Assembly (NCBI RefSeq): GCF_000737315.1
Contig: NZ_JMCB01000004.1
Coordinates: 82,001-144,000 of the forward strand
Direction: 5' to 3'
Length of the DNA stretch: 62,000 nucleotides
Source: Hyalangium minutum
GTDB lineage: Bacteria > Myxococcota > Myxococcia > Myxococcales > Myxococcaceae
The notes under the pieces were generated by a model. The model was given only the letters and a program-made list of their open reading frames with translations. It did no database searches and was not told the DNA's origin. The position numbers were made by a program, and so were the translations under genes. Positions 28,444-39,078 of this stretch are shown in pieces; the stretch's first letter is position 1; each line of letters begins with the position of its first letter.

Positions 28444-28928
28444 TCGAAGATCTCCTGGAGCGAGCGCTCGTAGCGCTGCTTGATGAAAGCCACCAAAGCC
28501 TCCTCGCTCTGAATGGCGAGCACGTGCAGCAGCAGGACGCGATTGTCCGCCGACAGTTGTGCCCAGGCCGTGCCCGGCGTGAAAGTGACGATCATCGCCA
28601 GCACCGCCAACCCATTCGGATCCTTCAGCTCGAGCGGGATTTGGACAAACCCGGAGCGAACGGCGCTCGAGCGCTGGGTGAGGATCACCCAGGCCACCTC
28701 TGCGTTCGACCGCAACATCTCGAGCACGACCCGGCAGAACAGGCGTGCCATGACGAAGGGCTTGCGCAACCGCACGGGGGCGGGCCTGAGTCGGACGGTG
28801 ACCACGGGCCAGAACAGCGCCAGGGCGGCGCCCAATACCAGCGTGCCCGCGCTCACCGACTGCATGAGCAGAATCCAGAGCAGGAGCAGTGCCACCGAGA
28901 GCACAGGGAAAGGGATGAGCCTCCTCAT
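28440..28928 (-). CDS. phaE: Pha/Mrp antiporter subunit E
   Basis: LAMIVTFTPGT, IKQRYERSLQEIFE. Confidence 0.93.
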   Translation of the reverse strand: MRRLIPFPVLSVALLLLWILLMQSVSAGTLVLGAALALFWPVVTVRLRPAPVRLRKPFVMARLFCRVVLEMLRSNAEVAWVILTQRSSAVRSGFVQIPLELKDPNGLAVLAMIVTFTPGTAWAQLSADNRVLLLHVLAIQSEEALVAFIKQRYERSLQEIFE

Positions 28929-30565
28929 CGATCGTCCTCCCGCACCGTGGCCGGCGGCCGTACCGCTGCTCCGAGAACCGCGTCAATGTACCCCCGGCGG
29001 TCATAGAGGGATTGCGCCGTCGCGCGCGCGAGCTCCATCGTGGGCCCCGCTGCGAGCGTCAGCACTCCGCATGCGGCGAGGAGCGCCACCAGGGGCAACC
29101 CCTCCGGCGCACGAACCTGCGGGGGCGTGCGCTGCATCTCTGGCCAGAAAGTCCGGATCCCTGTCCGCGTGAGCGCGATGAGGGTGAGCAAGCCGCAACC
29201 CAGCAGCACGCCGGTGAACAGCCATGCACGGGGGGAGACAGGCGCGCTCCCGGAGCCCGGCCCAAGCGCCGCCGACAACATGCCGAGCTTGCCGATGAAG
29301 GTGGAAAGGGGAGGCAGGCCCGAGGTGAGCAGCGTGCACGCGACGAAGGCCATGCCCATCAGCGCGGTGGAAGCGGGGAAGGGCAGGGCGACGAGCGGCT
29401 CCCCCTCGTCGTCGAGGTTGACCTCCTGCGCTTCGAGCGTTGCGCTCAGGAAGGGCGCCTCGTCCACCGCCGTCGACCCCGTGCGCCACCGCTCGACAAG
29501 GTCAACGAGCAGGAAGAACGCGCTGGAGGCCAGCGTGGAGCTCACCAGGTAGAACATCGCGGAGCCGAGGACGGCTTCCTCTCCCAGCCCCAGTGCGGCC
29601 AGGAGCGTCCCGGCGGAGACCATCACCCCCGCCGCCGCCTGGACCGCGAGCCGCTGCGAGGCGATCATCCCCAGGGCCGCGAGCACCGCGGAGACCCCTC
29701 CGAACACGAACAGGCCGTCCGCGCCGAACCCCGCCAATGGCCCCCCGGCGAACATCAGCGTCCACAGCCGCATCAGTGCGTAGACACCGACCTTTGTCAG
29801 CACGGCGAACATCGCTGCCACGGGCGGAGTCGCCGACGCATAGGCGGGGACGAGCCAGAAGTTGAGCGGCCAGGCCGCCGCCTTGGCCAGGAACGCCACC
29901 GCGAGGATGGCTGCTCCCGCGTCGATGAGGTGTCTGTTGGCTACGTTCCCCTCGGAAAGGCGCGCGGAGAGCTCCGCCATGTTCAGCGTCCCCGTGACGC
30001 CGTAGATCATCGACACGCCGATGAGGAACAGTGACGAGGCGGCCAGGTTCACCGCCACGTAGTGCACCCCCGCGCGGACCCGCGGCTTTCCAGCGCCGTG
30101 CAGCAACAGGCCGTACGAGGCGGCGAGCAGGATCTCGAAGAAGACGAAGAGGTTGAAGACGTCGGCCGTCAGGAACGCGCCCGAGAGCCCCATGAGCTGC
30201 AGTTGAAAGAGCGGGTGGAAGTGAACGCCCGCGCGGTGCCAGCGCGCGGAGGCGAAGGAGAGCGCGCAGGTGCCCAGGATCCACGTCAGCACCAGCAGTC
30301 CCGCCGAGAGGCGGTCCACCGCGAGCGTGATTCCGAACGGCGCGGGCCAGTTGCCGGGCAGGTAGGCCACCGCGCCGTAGGCGTCCACCCAAGCGAAGAG
30401 TGCCACCGAGAGGGCGAGCCCCAGGAGCGCGGAGCTCATCCCCAGCACCAGCTTGGCGGGGCGCCTTCCCTCGCCCATGAGGACCATCACCGCCGCGATC
30501 AACATCGGCAGGAGGATGGGGGCCACCATCAAGTGGGGCATCAGGCCTTGGATGAGTGCCGTCAT
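28925..30565 (-). CDS. phaD: Pha/Mrp antiporter subunit D
   Basis: GNWPAPFGI, AFLTADVFNLFVFFEILL, TKVGVY, GLPPLS. Confidence 0.95.
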   Translation of the reverse strand: MTALIQGLMPHLMVAPILLPMLIAAVMVLMGEGRRPAKLVLGMSSALLGLALSVALFAWVDAYGAVAYLPGNWPAPFGITLAVDRLSAGLLVLTWILGTCALSFASARWHRAGVHFHPLFQLQLMGLSGAFLTADVFNLFVFFEILLAASYGLLLHGAGKPRVRAGVHYVAVNLAASSLFLIGVSMIYGVTGTLNMAELSARLSEGNVANRHLIDAGAAILAVAFLAKAAAWPLNFWLVPAYASATPPVAAMFAVLTKVGVYALMRLWTLMFAGGPLAGFGADGLFVFGGVSAVLAALGMIASQRLAVQAAAGVMVSAGTLLAALGLGEEAVLGSAMFYLVSSTLASSAFFLLVDLVERWRTGSTAVDEAPFLSATLEAQEVNLDDEGEPLVALPFPASTALMGMAFVACTLLTSGLPPLSTFIGKLGMLSAALGPGSGSAPVSPRAWLFTGVLLGCGLLTLIALTRTGIRTFWPEMQRTPPQVRAPEGLPLVALLAACGVLTLAAGPTMELARATAQSLYDRRGYIDAVLGAAVRPPATVREDDR

Positions 30566-30900
30566 GCCTCGGTGCCGTCCACGTGATCAGTCCCGGTCAT
30601 CCCGCGTGAGGCCAGGACGATGACCAGGAGGAGGGCCGTCATCGCAAAGCTGATGACGATGGCTGTCAGCACGAGCGCCTGAGGGACCGGATCCGTGTAG
30701 TGGGCGAGGTCCGGTGGGACGCCGTCCGCGAGGATGGGCTCCTTGTCGATGGCCAGGCCGCCGATGCTGAAGATGAAGAGGTTGACCGCGTAGGAGATGA
30801 GCGACAGTCCGACGACCAGCTGGAACGTGCGGGGCCGCAGCAGGAGCCAGACGCCCGAGCCGATCAAGATGCCGATCGCGAGTGCAAGTACAACTTCCAT
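30562..30900 (-). CDS. phaC: Pha/Mrp antiporter subunit C
   Basis: DPVPQALVLTAIVISFA. Confidence 0.95.
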   Translation of the reverse strand: MEVVLALAIGILIGSGVWLLLRPRTFQLVVGLSLISYAVNLFIFSIGGLAIDKEPILADGVPPDLAHYTDPVPQALVLTAIVISFAMTALLLVIVLASRGMTGTDHVDGTEA

Positions 30901-33800
30901 CAGTTACCTCCCGAGGCCCGGTGAGCGCGGATGGACTGGTGCGCGAGCGCCACGAGGATGAGCAACGTGGAGCCCAGCACCAGGCAGAACACGCCCAGGT
31001 CGAAGAACAGCGCGCTTCCGATGTGGAGCTCGCCCAGCACCGGCACGCTCAGATGGAAGGTGTGCGAGGTGAGCAGCGGGTACCCGACGGCGAGCGCCCC
31101 CGCGGCCGTGCCGAGGACAAACAGGAGCCCCATGCCTATCAGCGCGCGCGGCGCGAGGCGCACCCGCTGCTCGATCCACTCCGTCCCGGAGACGATGTAC
31201 TGGAGCAGGAAGCCCACCGACATCACCAGCCCTGCCACGAACCCGCCACCCGGCGCGTTGTGTCCACGCAGGAAGAAGAACGCCGCCACGACTCCCGAGA
31301 CGGGCAGGAGCAAGCGGATCAGCACCGCTGGGATTGTCAGGTAACCCGTCGCCGTGTCGCGCGTCTCTCGTGGAGTCACCAGATCTGTCTGCACGTCCTT
31401 CGGCTGCGCCTGCTGTTGAGGAGGGAGCTTCATCACCTCGGACGCGGGCCGGAAGCGCCGCAGGAGCGCGTAGACCGTGAGCGCGACGAGCGAGAGCACC
31501 ACCCCCTCCCCGAAGGTGTCGAACCCGCGGAAGTCCACCAGCATCACGTTCACCACGTTCCGCCCGCCTCCGCCGCTCAGTGAGTGCTCGAGGAAGAAGG
31601 AGGTGCGCTCGGGGAGCTCGCGCGTCATCACCGCATAGGCCAGGAGCGCCATCCCGCAGCCGCTGCTCACCGCGATGATGAAGTCGCGGATTCGCCGGCC
31701 TCTGGCGATCCGCCGGGTATGCGCATCGTACACGCCGCGAGCTGGCTCCCGCGCCGGGAGCCACCTGAGCCCGAGCAGGATGAGCAGCGTCGTCACCACC
31801 TCCACGATGAGCTGGGTGAGCGCCAGATCCGGAGCGGAGAACCAGATGAACGTGATGCAGCTCACCGCGCCCGCGGTCCCCAAGAGCATGAGCGAGGCAA
31901 GCCGGTGGAACTTGGCCTGCCAGGCGGCTCCCACCGCCGCGATGCCTCCGATGACCCACAGCGCGGTGAACACCGGAGAGAGCGGTACCAGCGGGCGATC
32001 TCCCTTGCCGATGCCACCCCACAGCGCCACGACGCCTACCAGCAGCGTGACCAGCACCATCGCCATCAACTGCCGCTGGAGCCCCGCGGTGAGGAGCCAG
32101 CGGCGGATCCACCGGCTCGCCGCGGTGAGCCACGCCAGCAGTGACGTGAAGAGCCGCGCGCCATCGAACCGCTCCACGAAGCGGCCTCCGAGGCCCACCC
32201 GTGCCGCCTTCAGCCGCTGGACCCCCCGGTACAACACCACGCCCCCCCCCAGCGCCAGCGCGCTCATGAGGAGCGGAGGCGTGAACCCATGCCAGAGCTT
32301 GAGGCTGTAGGGGGGGATCTGTCCGCCCACGACCGGCCGGGACGCGGCCTCGAGAATCGGCCCGATCGACACCGCGGGAGCGACGCCCACCACCAGGCAC
32401 AGGAGGACCAGGATCTCGACGGGGACGCGCATCCACTTGGGCGGCTCCTCCGGAACACGCGGGGTGTTCCGCTCGCTGGCGGGTCCGAAGAACACCTGCA
32501 CCGCGAACCGGAGCGAGTAGGCGACGCTCCCCATGCCCGCCAGGGTCGCCGCGATGGGCAGGCCCACCTGGACTGCGGGAATGGCGTCGATGAAGACGGT
32601 CTCGGCGAAGAACATCTCCTTCGACAGGAAGCCATTGAGCAGGGGAACACCCGCCATCGCCGCCGTGGCGACGAGCGCCAGCGTGCCGGTGATGGGCATC
32701 AGGCGGAAGAGCCCCGACAGCCGCCGGATGTCCCGCGTCCCCGTCTCATGATCGATGATGCCCACCGCCATGAACAGCGACGCCTTGAAGGCCGCGTGGT
32801 TCATGATGTGGAACACCGCCGCCACCGCCGCGAGCGGGCTGTTGAGCCCGAGCAGCAGCACCACCAGCCCCAGGTGCGAGATGGTGGAGTATGCGAGCAG
32901 CCCCTTCAGGTCGCGCTGGAACAGCGCCGCCCACGCGCCGAGCAGCAGCGTGACGAGCCCCGCGGAGCCAGTGAGCCAGAACCAGAGCTCCGTCCCAGAC
33001 AGCACCGGCCACAGCCGCGCCAGCAGGAACACGCCCAGCTTCACCATGGTCGCCGAGTGCAGATACGCCGACACCGGCGTGGGCGCCGCCATCGCGTTCG
33101 GGAGCCAGAAGTGGAAGGGGAACTGGGCGCTCTTGGTGAACGCGCCGATGAGGATGAGGCAGAGCGCCACCGGGTAGAGGGGATGGGACTGGACTGCCTG
33201 CGCGCTCCCGAGGACGGTGTCCAGTTCGTAGCTGCCGGCAATCTTCCCGAGCACCAGCAGCCCCGCGAGGAGGCTCAGGCCGCCCATACCGGTGACCGTG
33301 AGCGCCATCCGGGCCCCCCGCTGTGCGTCCTTCCGCTGGTTCCAGTAGCCAATGAGCAGGAACGAGAAGAGGGACGTCAGCTCCCAGAAGAAGGCAAGCT
33401 GCAGCAAATTTCCCGAGAGGGCCACGCCCAGCATCGCCCCCATGAAGGCCAGCAGGAAGGCGAAGAACCTGGGCACGGGATCCGACGGTGAGAGGTAGTA
33501 GCGCGCATACAGCATCACCAGCGCGCCGATGCCCAGCACGAGCACGCAGAAGGTCCACGAGAAGCCGTCGAGCCGCAGCACGAGGCTGAGCCCGAGCGAG
33601 GGGACCCACGCGAAGCGCTCGGCCCACACGCCCCCGTCCTGGACGCTCGGGAAGTGGAGCGCCACGCCCACGAGGCCCGCCAGCGCGGTGAGCCCCGCGA
33701 GCCCCGCTGCGCGGTTCCGGGCACTCGTGGGCAGCAATGCCGCGATGACACCGGCAACCCAGGGAATGACCAGGAGGGCAAGGAGGGGCATCCCTGGCAT
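30900..33800 (-). CDS. phaA: Pha/Mrp antiporter fused subunit A/B
   Basis: FWELTS, KSAQFPFHFWLPNAMAAPTPVSAYLHSATMVK, DFRGFDTFGE, GHNAPGGGF. Start ATG 33800 or 33791. Confidence 0.95.
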   Translation of the reverse strand: MPGMPLLALLVIPWVAGVIAALLPTSARNRAAGLAGLTALAGLVGVALHFPSVQDGGVWAERFAWVPSLGLSLVLRLDGFSWTFCVLVLGIGALVMLYARYYLSPSDPVPRFFAFLLAFMGAMLGVALSGNLLQLAFFWELTSLFSFLLIGYWNQRKDAQRGARMALTVTGMGGLSLLAGLLVLGKIAGSYELDTVLGSAQAVQSHPLYPVALCLILIGAFTKSAQFPFHFWLPNAMAAPTPVSAYLHSATMVKLGVFLLARLWPVLSGTELWFWLTGSAGLVTLLLGAWAALFQRDLKGLLAYSTISHLGLVVLLLGLNSPLAAVAAVFHIMNHAAFKASLFMAVGIIDHETGTRDIRRLSGLFRLMPITGTLALVATAAMAGVPLLNGFLSKEMFFAETVFIDAIPAVQVGLPIAATLAGMGSVAYSLRFAVQVFFGPASERNTPRVPEEPPKWMRVPVEILVLLCLVVGVAPAVSIGPILEAASRPVVGGQIPPYSLKLWHGFTPPLLMSALALGGGVVLYRGVQRLKAARVGLGGRFVERFDGARLFTSLLAWLTAASRWIRRWLLTAGLQRQLMAMVLVTLLVGVVALWGGIGKGDRPLVPLSPVFTALWVIGGIAAVGAAWQAKFHRLASLMLLGTAGAVSCITFIWFSAPDLALTQLIVEVVTTLLILLGLRWLPAREPARGVYDAHTRRIARGRRIRDFIIAVSSGCGMALLAYAVMTRELPERTSFFLEHSLSGGGGRNVVNVMLVDFRGFDTFGEGVVLSLVALTVYALLRRFRPASEVMKLPPQQQAQPKDVQTDLVTPRETRDTATGYLTIPAVLIRLLLPVSGVVAAFFFLRGHNAPGGGFVAGLVMSVGFLLQYIVSGTEWIEQRVRLAPRALIGMGLLFVLGTAAGALAVGYPLLTSHTFHLSVPVLGELHIGSALFFDLGVFCLVLGSTLLILVALAHQSIRAHRASGGN

Positions 33801-33996
33801 TGCGCCAACCTGTTCGTTCCCACGGCAAGCAGTAATGAGAAGAAAGGCGGCGGAGGGCGTTGGGTAAGTAACGGATGGAGCGCCGTGGGAGGCCTTGGCG
33901 ACCAGCCCTTGAGGGTCTGTCCGAGGAGCACGCGGCACGACAGCCCTTGTGGCCCCTCCTCCTGCGCCCCACTTCTTTCCGTAGGAGAGACCTTCC

Positions 33997-34680
33997 ATGG
34001 TGCGTTTTCGAGATCGCTTCGAGGCGGGCCGTGTTCTCGCTGGGCGTCTGCACGCCTATGCCGGCCGCGGCGATGTGCTCGTGCTGGCGCTGCCACGTGG
34101 CGGCGTTCCCGTGGGCTTCGAGGTCGCGCGGAGGCTCGGTGCGCCTCTGGACGTGTTCGTGGTGCGCAAGCTCGGCACGCCGGGCCACGAGGAGCTGGCC
34201 ATGGGGGCCATCGCCACGGGGGGCGTCCGGGTCCTCAACGAGGACGTCGTCGAGAGCCTCAACATCCCCGAGAGGGCCATCGCGCGCGCCACCGAGCGCG
34301 AGGAGCTGGAGCTGGCCCGGAGGGAGCGGCTCTTCCGGGGCAGCAGACCGCCGCCCCGCATCGAGGGCCAGACGGTGATTCTCGTGGATGACGGGCTGGC
34401 CACCGGCTCCACCATGCGGGCTGGGCTCATGGCGCTGCGCCAGCGGGCGCCCGCTCGCCTCGTGGCCGCCGTCCCCGTGGGCGCCCCCGAGACATGTGCG
34501 GAACTCCAGGAGCTTGCAGACGAGGTGATCTGCGCCATCACGCCCGAGCCCTTCTTCGCGGTGGGCCAGTGGTACGGGGACTTCATGCAGACCTCCGACG
34601 AAGAGGTGTACGAACTGCTGGAGCGCGCGGCGCACGAGCATGAGGAGCGAGGGGCGGGGGCCTCTCCAGAAGCCCCTTGA
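33997..34680 (+). CDS. Phosphoribosyltransferase-family protein
   Basis: FRDRFEAGRVLA, LALPRGGVPV, VILVDDGLATGSTM. Confidence 0.92.
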   Translation: MVRFRDRFEAGRVLAGRLHAYAGRGDVLVLALPRGGVPVGFEVARRLGAPLDVFVVRKLGTPGHEELAMGAIATGGVRVLNEDVVESLNIPERAIARATEREELELARRERLFRGSRPPPRIEGQTVILVDDGLATGSTMRAGLMALRQRAPARLVAAVPVGAPETCAELQELADEVICAITPEPFFAVGQWYGDFMQTSDEEVYELLERAAHEHEERGAGASPEAP

Positions 34681-34740
34681 GCCCAGCGGGAGAGGCGTGC
34701 GGCAGGTGCCTGCCCCGCCTGAAGAGCGGAGGGACAGACC

Positions 34741-35445
34741 ATGGCGGAGCGCGGTGTCACGGAACACGAGGTGCAGGTCGAGGCGGAGCCCGGTGTGCGG
34801 CTGGAGGGCACCTTGAGCGTGCCGGAGATGGCCTTGGGCGTGGTGCTGTTCGCCCACGGCAGTGGCAGTAGCCGGTTCAGTCCTCGCAACCGGTACGTCG
34901 CCAGCGTGCTCCAGCGTGCGGGGTTGGCGACGCTCCTCATCGATCTGCTGACGGCGGGCGAGGAGGAATCCGAGCGGTGGACGCGCCACTTGCGCTTCGA
35001 CATCGAACTGCTGGCGCGGCGGCTCATCGGAGCCAAGCAGTGGCTGATGCAGGCGCCGGAGCTGCGAGGACAGTCCATCGGCTTGTTCGGGTCGAGCACG
35101 GGGGCGGCGGCTGCGCTCGTGGCCGCGGCGCGTGAGCCCGAGTCCATGGGTGCCGTGGTGTCTCGGGGAGGCCGGCCAGACCTGGCGGGCCTCGTGCTGC
35201 CCCATGTGCGGGCGCCCACGCTGCTCATCGTGGGCGGGGACGACGTGGAGGTGCTGGAGCTCAACCGCGAGGCGTTGGATGCGCTGCGCACCGTCAAGCG
35301 GTTGGAGGTGGTTCCGGGGGCGAGCCACCTCTTCGAGGAGCCGGGGACGCTCGAGCAGGTAGCCAGGCTGGCCCGGGACTGGTTCCTCCAGCAGTTTGCC
35401 GCCGCTTCGCGCGAGAGCCCGGCGGGCGAGCCGCCGTCCTGGTGA
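34741..35445 (+). CDS. Alpha/beta hydrolase (dienelactone-hydrolase-like)
   Basis: HGSGSSRFSPRN, GSSTG, SRGGRPDLA, GASHLFEE. Confidence 0.9.
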   Translation: MAERGVTEHEVQVEAEPGVRLEGTLSVPEMALGVVLFAHGSGSSRFSPRNRYVASVLQRAGLATLLIDLLTAGEEESERWTRHLRFDIELLARRLIGAKQWLMQAPELRGQSIGLFGSSTGAAAALVAAAREPESMGAVVSRGGRPDLAGLVLPHVRAPTLLIVGGDDVEVLELNREALDALRTVKRLEVVPGASHLFEEPGTLEQVARLARDWFLQQFAAASRESPAGEPPSW

Positions 35446-35458
35446 AGCGCCAGGACCC

Positions 35459-35552
35459 TGGCAAAATGCCTGGGTGGGTGTGGCACGTTGCCACGGTCTC
35501 TCGTGCCTTGAGGTGGAGTCACGTGGGCGGTCACGCAGGTTCGTAAGTTGCT
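35459..35552 (+). promoter_or_regulatory. Sigma54 promoter P1 with tandem activator boxes (kinase/activator operon)
   Basis: TGGCAAAATGCCT (35459), TGGCACGTTGCCA (35481), AGGTTCG-TAAG-TTGCT (35537-35552, GG-N10-GC). Confidence 0.75.
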
Positions 35553-35594
35553 AAGGATGGCGGCCCCCCCTTGGGACGTTGAGCAGTCCACTCC

Positions 35595-37715
35595 ATGCGC
35601 CATCCTCTGGTCCCCATCCTCCTGCTCTGTGCCGCGCTCGCCGCTGTGGGAGGAGGCGTGCTCATGGTCCTCCAGCGCAGCCGCGCCGAGCTGGTGCAGC
35701 AGTTTGCCCGCGACCGTCAGGCCCAGCTCGATGAGGCGGCTCGGGGTGTGGCCGAGGCACTGGAGGACGTCAGCGAGGATCTCCTCTTCGCCGGAGAGCT
35801 CCTCTCCCAACCCGGAACCTCCGAAGATCATCGGCGCGAGCTGAGGGCCCTGTTGGAGGTCATCGGTCAGTACAAGACCATTGCCTCCTATGACGCGGCC
35901 GGCATCGAGCAGCTCCGGCTGGTGGATCGGCGTGCCGACCCCCTGGTCGTCCAGGGAAAGTTCTTCCCCGCCCTCTCGGAGACTGCGCTCCGGGCGCTTG
36001 AGCGGCCCCCAGGGGACATCACCAGCTCTCCGCCTCTGGCCGTCGGCGCGGAGGGGGGCTGGCTGCGCATCCTCGCCACCGCGATCCCCAGCGAGGAAGG
36101 CCAGCCTCGAGGTGCTGTCGCCGTCCTGGTGGACACGCAGTCCCTCTTCGCTCCGCTCAAGATCGTCACCTCGGATCCCGAGGCACGTCTGCTGCTCATC
36201 GGCGCGCACGGACGGCCCAGCCCTGCCAGTGATGCAGGGCTCGCTGACTGGTACCGGCGGCTGGAGACAGAGCAGGGGCTCGTCCCCACGTACGCCGAGC
36301 TGGCCTCGAAGATGAAGAGTGGCGAGCGCGGCACGCTGATGATCAGCGAGCAAGAAGCGGAACGGCTGGGCCTGGGAAGGGCCGAGGCCGTCGCCGCCTT
36401 CACCGCCATGCAGCTCAAGGGCGGCAGCCACTGGTCCGCCGCCACCCTGGTCTCCACCCATACACTGCGCTCCCACGAGCGGGGGCTCATCTTCCGTCTG
36501 TCGCTGGCGGCCCTCCTGGTGACGCTGTTCCTGGTGGCGTTCGGGATCTACGTCTTCGTGGCCCAGCGCCGCGCTGTAGCCCTGCGCGAGAGCCGCCGGC
36601 ATGCGGATCGGCTCGCGCACCTGCACGACAAGACCCAGAAGATCCTCGACAACATCCCCACTGGGGTGCTGGCCCTGACCGCCGAAGGACGCATCAGCGC
36701 TGTGAACCAGGCCCTGCGCTCCCGGATGCCCTCCCGTGTCGTCGGCATCTCCCTGGCCGAGGCCTTCCCCCATGCGCCCGAGCCGGTGATGAGCCGGATG
36801 CAGGGGCTCGTGGAGGCCGCCACCCGTGAGACCCGTGTGCGCAGCCTCTTGGGAGAACCGCTGGCCCTCTTCGGCGAGGAAGGCCAGTACAGCATCCACG
36901 CCGTGCCGCTGGAGGCCCGCGAGCCCGAGGTGCGCACGCTCCTCGTCGTCGAGGATCTCAGCAACCTCCGCGCCCTGGAGACCCAGCTCCTGCGCGCCGA
37001 GAAGTTCGCCACCGTGGGCGTACTCGCCGCGGGCATTGCTCACGAGATCGGCACGCCCCTGGGCGTGGTCCGAGGCCGCGCGGAGTATGTCCTCGGCAAG
37101 CTGGGCTCAGGCCATCCTCAGGCAGCCGGTGTGGGCGTCATCATCGAGCAAATCGATCATGTGAGCCGGACCATCCGCCAGCTGCTCGACTTCTCGCGGC
37201 TCCAGCCCGCGGCGGTGCGTCCGGTGGCGCTCGGGCCGCTGCTGCGCGACGTGAGCGAGCTGCTCCGCCTGGAGGCCGAGCGGCGTCAGGTCCGCCTCGA
37301 GTGGGAGCTCCCAGAGGGAGTGCCCGCGATCGCCGCTGATCCCGATCAGATCCAGCAGGTGCTCGTGAACCTGGCGCTCAATGCGTGTGATGCGTGCAGT
37401 GCCGGAGGCCGTGTCCGCCTGAAGGCCGCGGCGCCGGATGCGTCCTCCTCGAGCGCCTGGGGGCTCGTGCCGGTCACCGTCGAGGACGATGGGTGCGGAA
37501 TTCCGCCGGAGAGTCTCAACCAGGTGTTTGATCCCTTCTTCACGACGAAGAAGCGAGGGCAGGGAACCGGGCTCGGCTTGACGGTGGTCGCGCACGTCGT
37601 CCGCAACCATGGTGGGCGGGTGGAACTGGAGAGCAAGCCCGGGCGTGGCACGTGTGTCACCGTGCTCTGGCCCGCGGCGGGGCCCGCCGTGACAGAGGAG
37701 CAGCATGGCATCTAA
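35595..37715 (+). CDS. Membrane sensor histidine kinase (2 TM, extracytoplasmic domain, PAS)
   Basis: AHEIGTPL, VLVNLALNA, DDGCGI, FFTTK, GTGLGL. Confidence 0.95.
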   Translation: MRHPLVPILLLCAALAAVGGGVLMVLQRSRAELVQQFARDRQAQLDEAARGVAEALEDVSEDLLFAGELLSQPGTSEDHRRELRALLEVIGQYKTIASYDAAGIEQLRLVDRRADPLVVQGKFFPALSETALRALERPPGDITSSPPLAVGAEGGWLRILATAIPSEEGQPRGAVAVLVDTQSLFAPLKIVTSDPEARLLLIGAHGRPSPASDAGLADWYRRLETEQGLVPTYAELASKMKSGERGTLMISEQEAERLGLGRAEAVAAFTAMQLKGGSHWSAATLVSTHTLRSHERGLIFRLSLAALLVTLFLVAFGIYVFVAQRRAVALRESRRHADRLAHLHDKTQKILDNIPTGVLALTAEGRISAVNQALRSRMPSRVVGISLAEAFPHAPEPVMSRMQGLVEAATRETRVRSLLGEPLALFGEEGQYSIHAVPLEAREPEVRTLLVVEDLSNLRALETQLLRAEKFATVGVLAAGIAHEIGTPLGVVRGRAEYVLGKLGSGHPQAAGVGVIIEQIDHVSRTIRQLLDFSRLQPAAVRPVALGPLLRDVSELLRLEAERRQVRLEWELPEGVPAIAADPDQIQQVLVNLALNACDACSAGGRVRLKAAAPDASSSSAWGLVPVTVEDDGCGIPPESLNQVFDPFFTTKKRGQGTGLGLTVVAHVVRNHGGRVELESKPGRGTCVTVLWPAAGPAVTEEQHGI

Positions 37716-39078
37716 GGAACGCATCCTGGTCGTCGACGACCACGTGGAGATGGGGCGGATGCTTCAGGATCCCCTCACGGACGAGGGGTATGAAGTGGAG
37801 CTCGCCACGGGAGGCTCGGAGGCCATCCGGCTCGTGCGTGCCCGCCCGTTCGACGCGGTCCTGAGCGATCTGCGCATGGAGCAGGTGGACGGCTTCGACG
37901 TGCTGGCCGCGGTGCGCGCCATGGACCCCGAGGTGCCCGTGCTGCTGATGACGGCCTTCGGGAACGTCGAGAGCGCGGTGGAGGCGATGCGGCGGGGCGC
38001 CTGGCACTACTTCACCAAGCCCTTTCGGCTGGAGGAGGTGCTCATCTACCTGCGCCGGGCCCTGGACGAGCGGCGGCTGCGCGCGGAGAACCGGGTGCTG
38101 CGCAAGGCCGCGGGGCCGGGCGGACTCGGGGCGCTGGTGGGCCGGAGCGCCGCCATGCGCAGCCTGTACGAGATGATCGAGCCCGTGGCCCACTCGGGTG
38201 CACCCGTGCTGCTCCGGGGCGAGAGCGGCAGCGGCAAGGAGCTGGTGGCGCGGGCGCTGCACTCGGAGGGGCCTCGGGCCGCCGAGCCCTTCGTGGCCGT
38301 CAACTGCACCGCTCTGCCGCACGCACTGCTGGAGAGCGAGCTGTTCGGCCACGTGAAGGGCGCCTTCACCGGGGCCACGACGCCCCGGCGGGGGCTCTTC
38401 GTCGAGGCGGACAAGGGCACGCTCTTCCTGGACGAGATCGGCGACATGCCCTCCGAGCTCCAGGCCAAGCTGCTGCGGGTGCTGGAGGACGGCGAGGTGC
38501 GCGCGGTGGGCGCGGATTCCAGCCGCAAGGTGGAGGTGCGCATCGTCGCGGCCACCCACCAGGACCTGGAGATGCGGGTCCGCGAGGGCCGCTTCCGGGC
38601 GGATCTCTTCTACCGCCTCAACGTCGTCACCCTGCGGATTCCGCCCCTGCGCGAGCGGCGCGAGGACATTCCGCTGCTCGTGGAGCACTTCGTCTCGCGG
38701 GCCCGTGCGAGGAACCCCCGCTCCAAGGTGACGGCGCTGTCGCCCGAGGTGGTCTCCGCGCTGGGCGCCATGCCGTGGCCGGGCAATGTGCGCGAGCTGG
38801 AGAACCTGGTCGAGCGGCTGGTGGTGCTCATTCCCCGGGAGATGGTGGAGGTGGGCGATCTCCGGCTTCACGCACCGGCGGTGAGTCCCGAAGCCCACCC
38901 GCTCGCCCTGGCCCAGGAGGGGGTGTGGCCCCTGCGCCAGCTCGAGGGCGAGTACATCTCCTGGGTGGTGGCCCACTGTGGGGGCAACAAGACGCGGGCG
39001 GCGGAGCTGCTCGGCATCGATGTCTCCACCATCCACCGCCGCGAGCGGGAGAGGGGTTCTGGCAATCCGCCACGGTGA
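37705..39078 (+). CDS. Sigma54-dependent response regulator (NtrC-family enhancer-binding protein)
   Basis: Receiver; GESGSGKE; ESELFGH-GAFTGA; LFLDEIG; WPGNVRELEN; Fis-type HTH GNKTRAAELLGI. Confidence 0.96.
   Translation: MASKERILVVDDHVEMGRMLQDPLTDEGYEVELATGGSEAIRLVRARPFDAVLSDLRMEQVDGFDVLAAVRAMDPEVPVLLMTAFGNVESAVEAMRRGAWHYFTKPFRLEEVLIYLRRALDERRLRAENRVLRKAAGPGGLGALVGRSAAMRSLYEMIEPVAHSGAPVLLRGESGSGKELVARALHSEGPRAAEPFVAVNCTALPHALLESELFGHVKGAFTGATTPRRGLFVEADKGTLFLDEIGDMPSELQAKLLRVLEDGEVRAVGADSSRKVEVRIVAATHQDLEMRVREGRFRADLFYRLNVVTLRIPPLRERREDIPLLVEHFVSRARARNPRSKVTALSPEVVSALGAMPWPGNVRELENLVERLVVLIPREMVEVGDLRLHAPAVSPEAHPLALAQEGVWPLRQLEGEYISWVVAHCGGNKTRAAELLGIDVSTIHRRERERGSGNPPR

Noticed and set aside
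33795-33807. Single perfect TGGC-ATTGC-GCCA box at the phaA start
   Set aside because: No partner box at 21-22 bp and no GG-N10-GC promoter at the expected distance; isolated boxes are expected by chance at this GC content.
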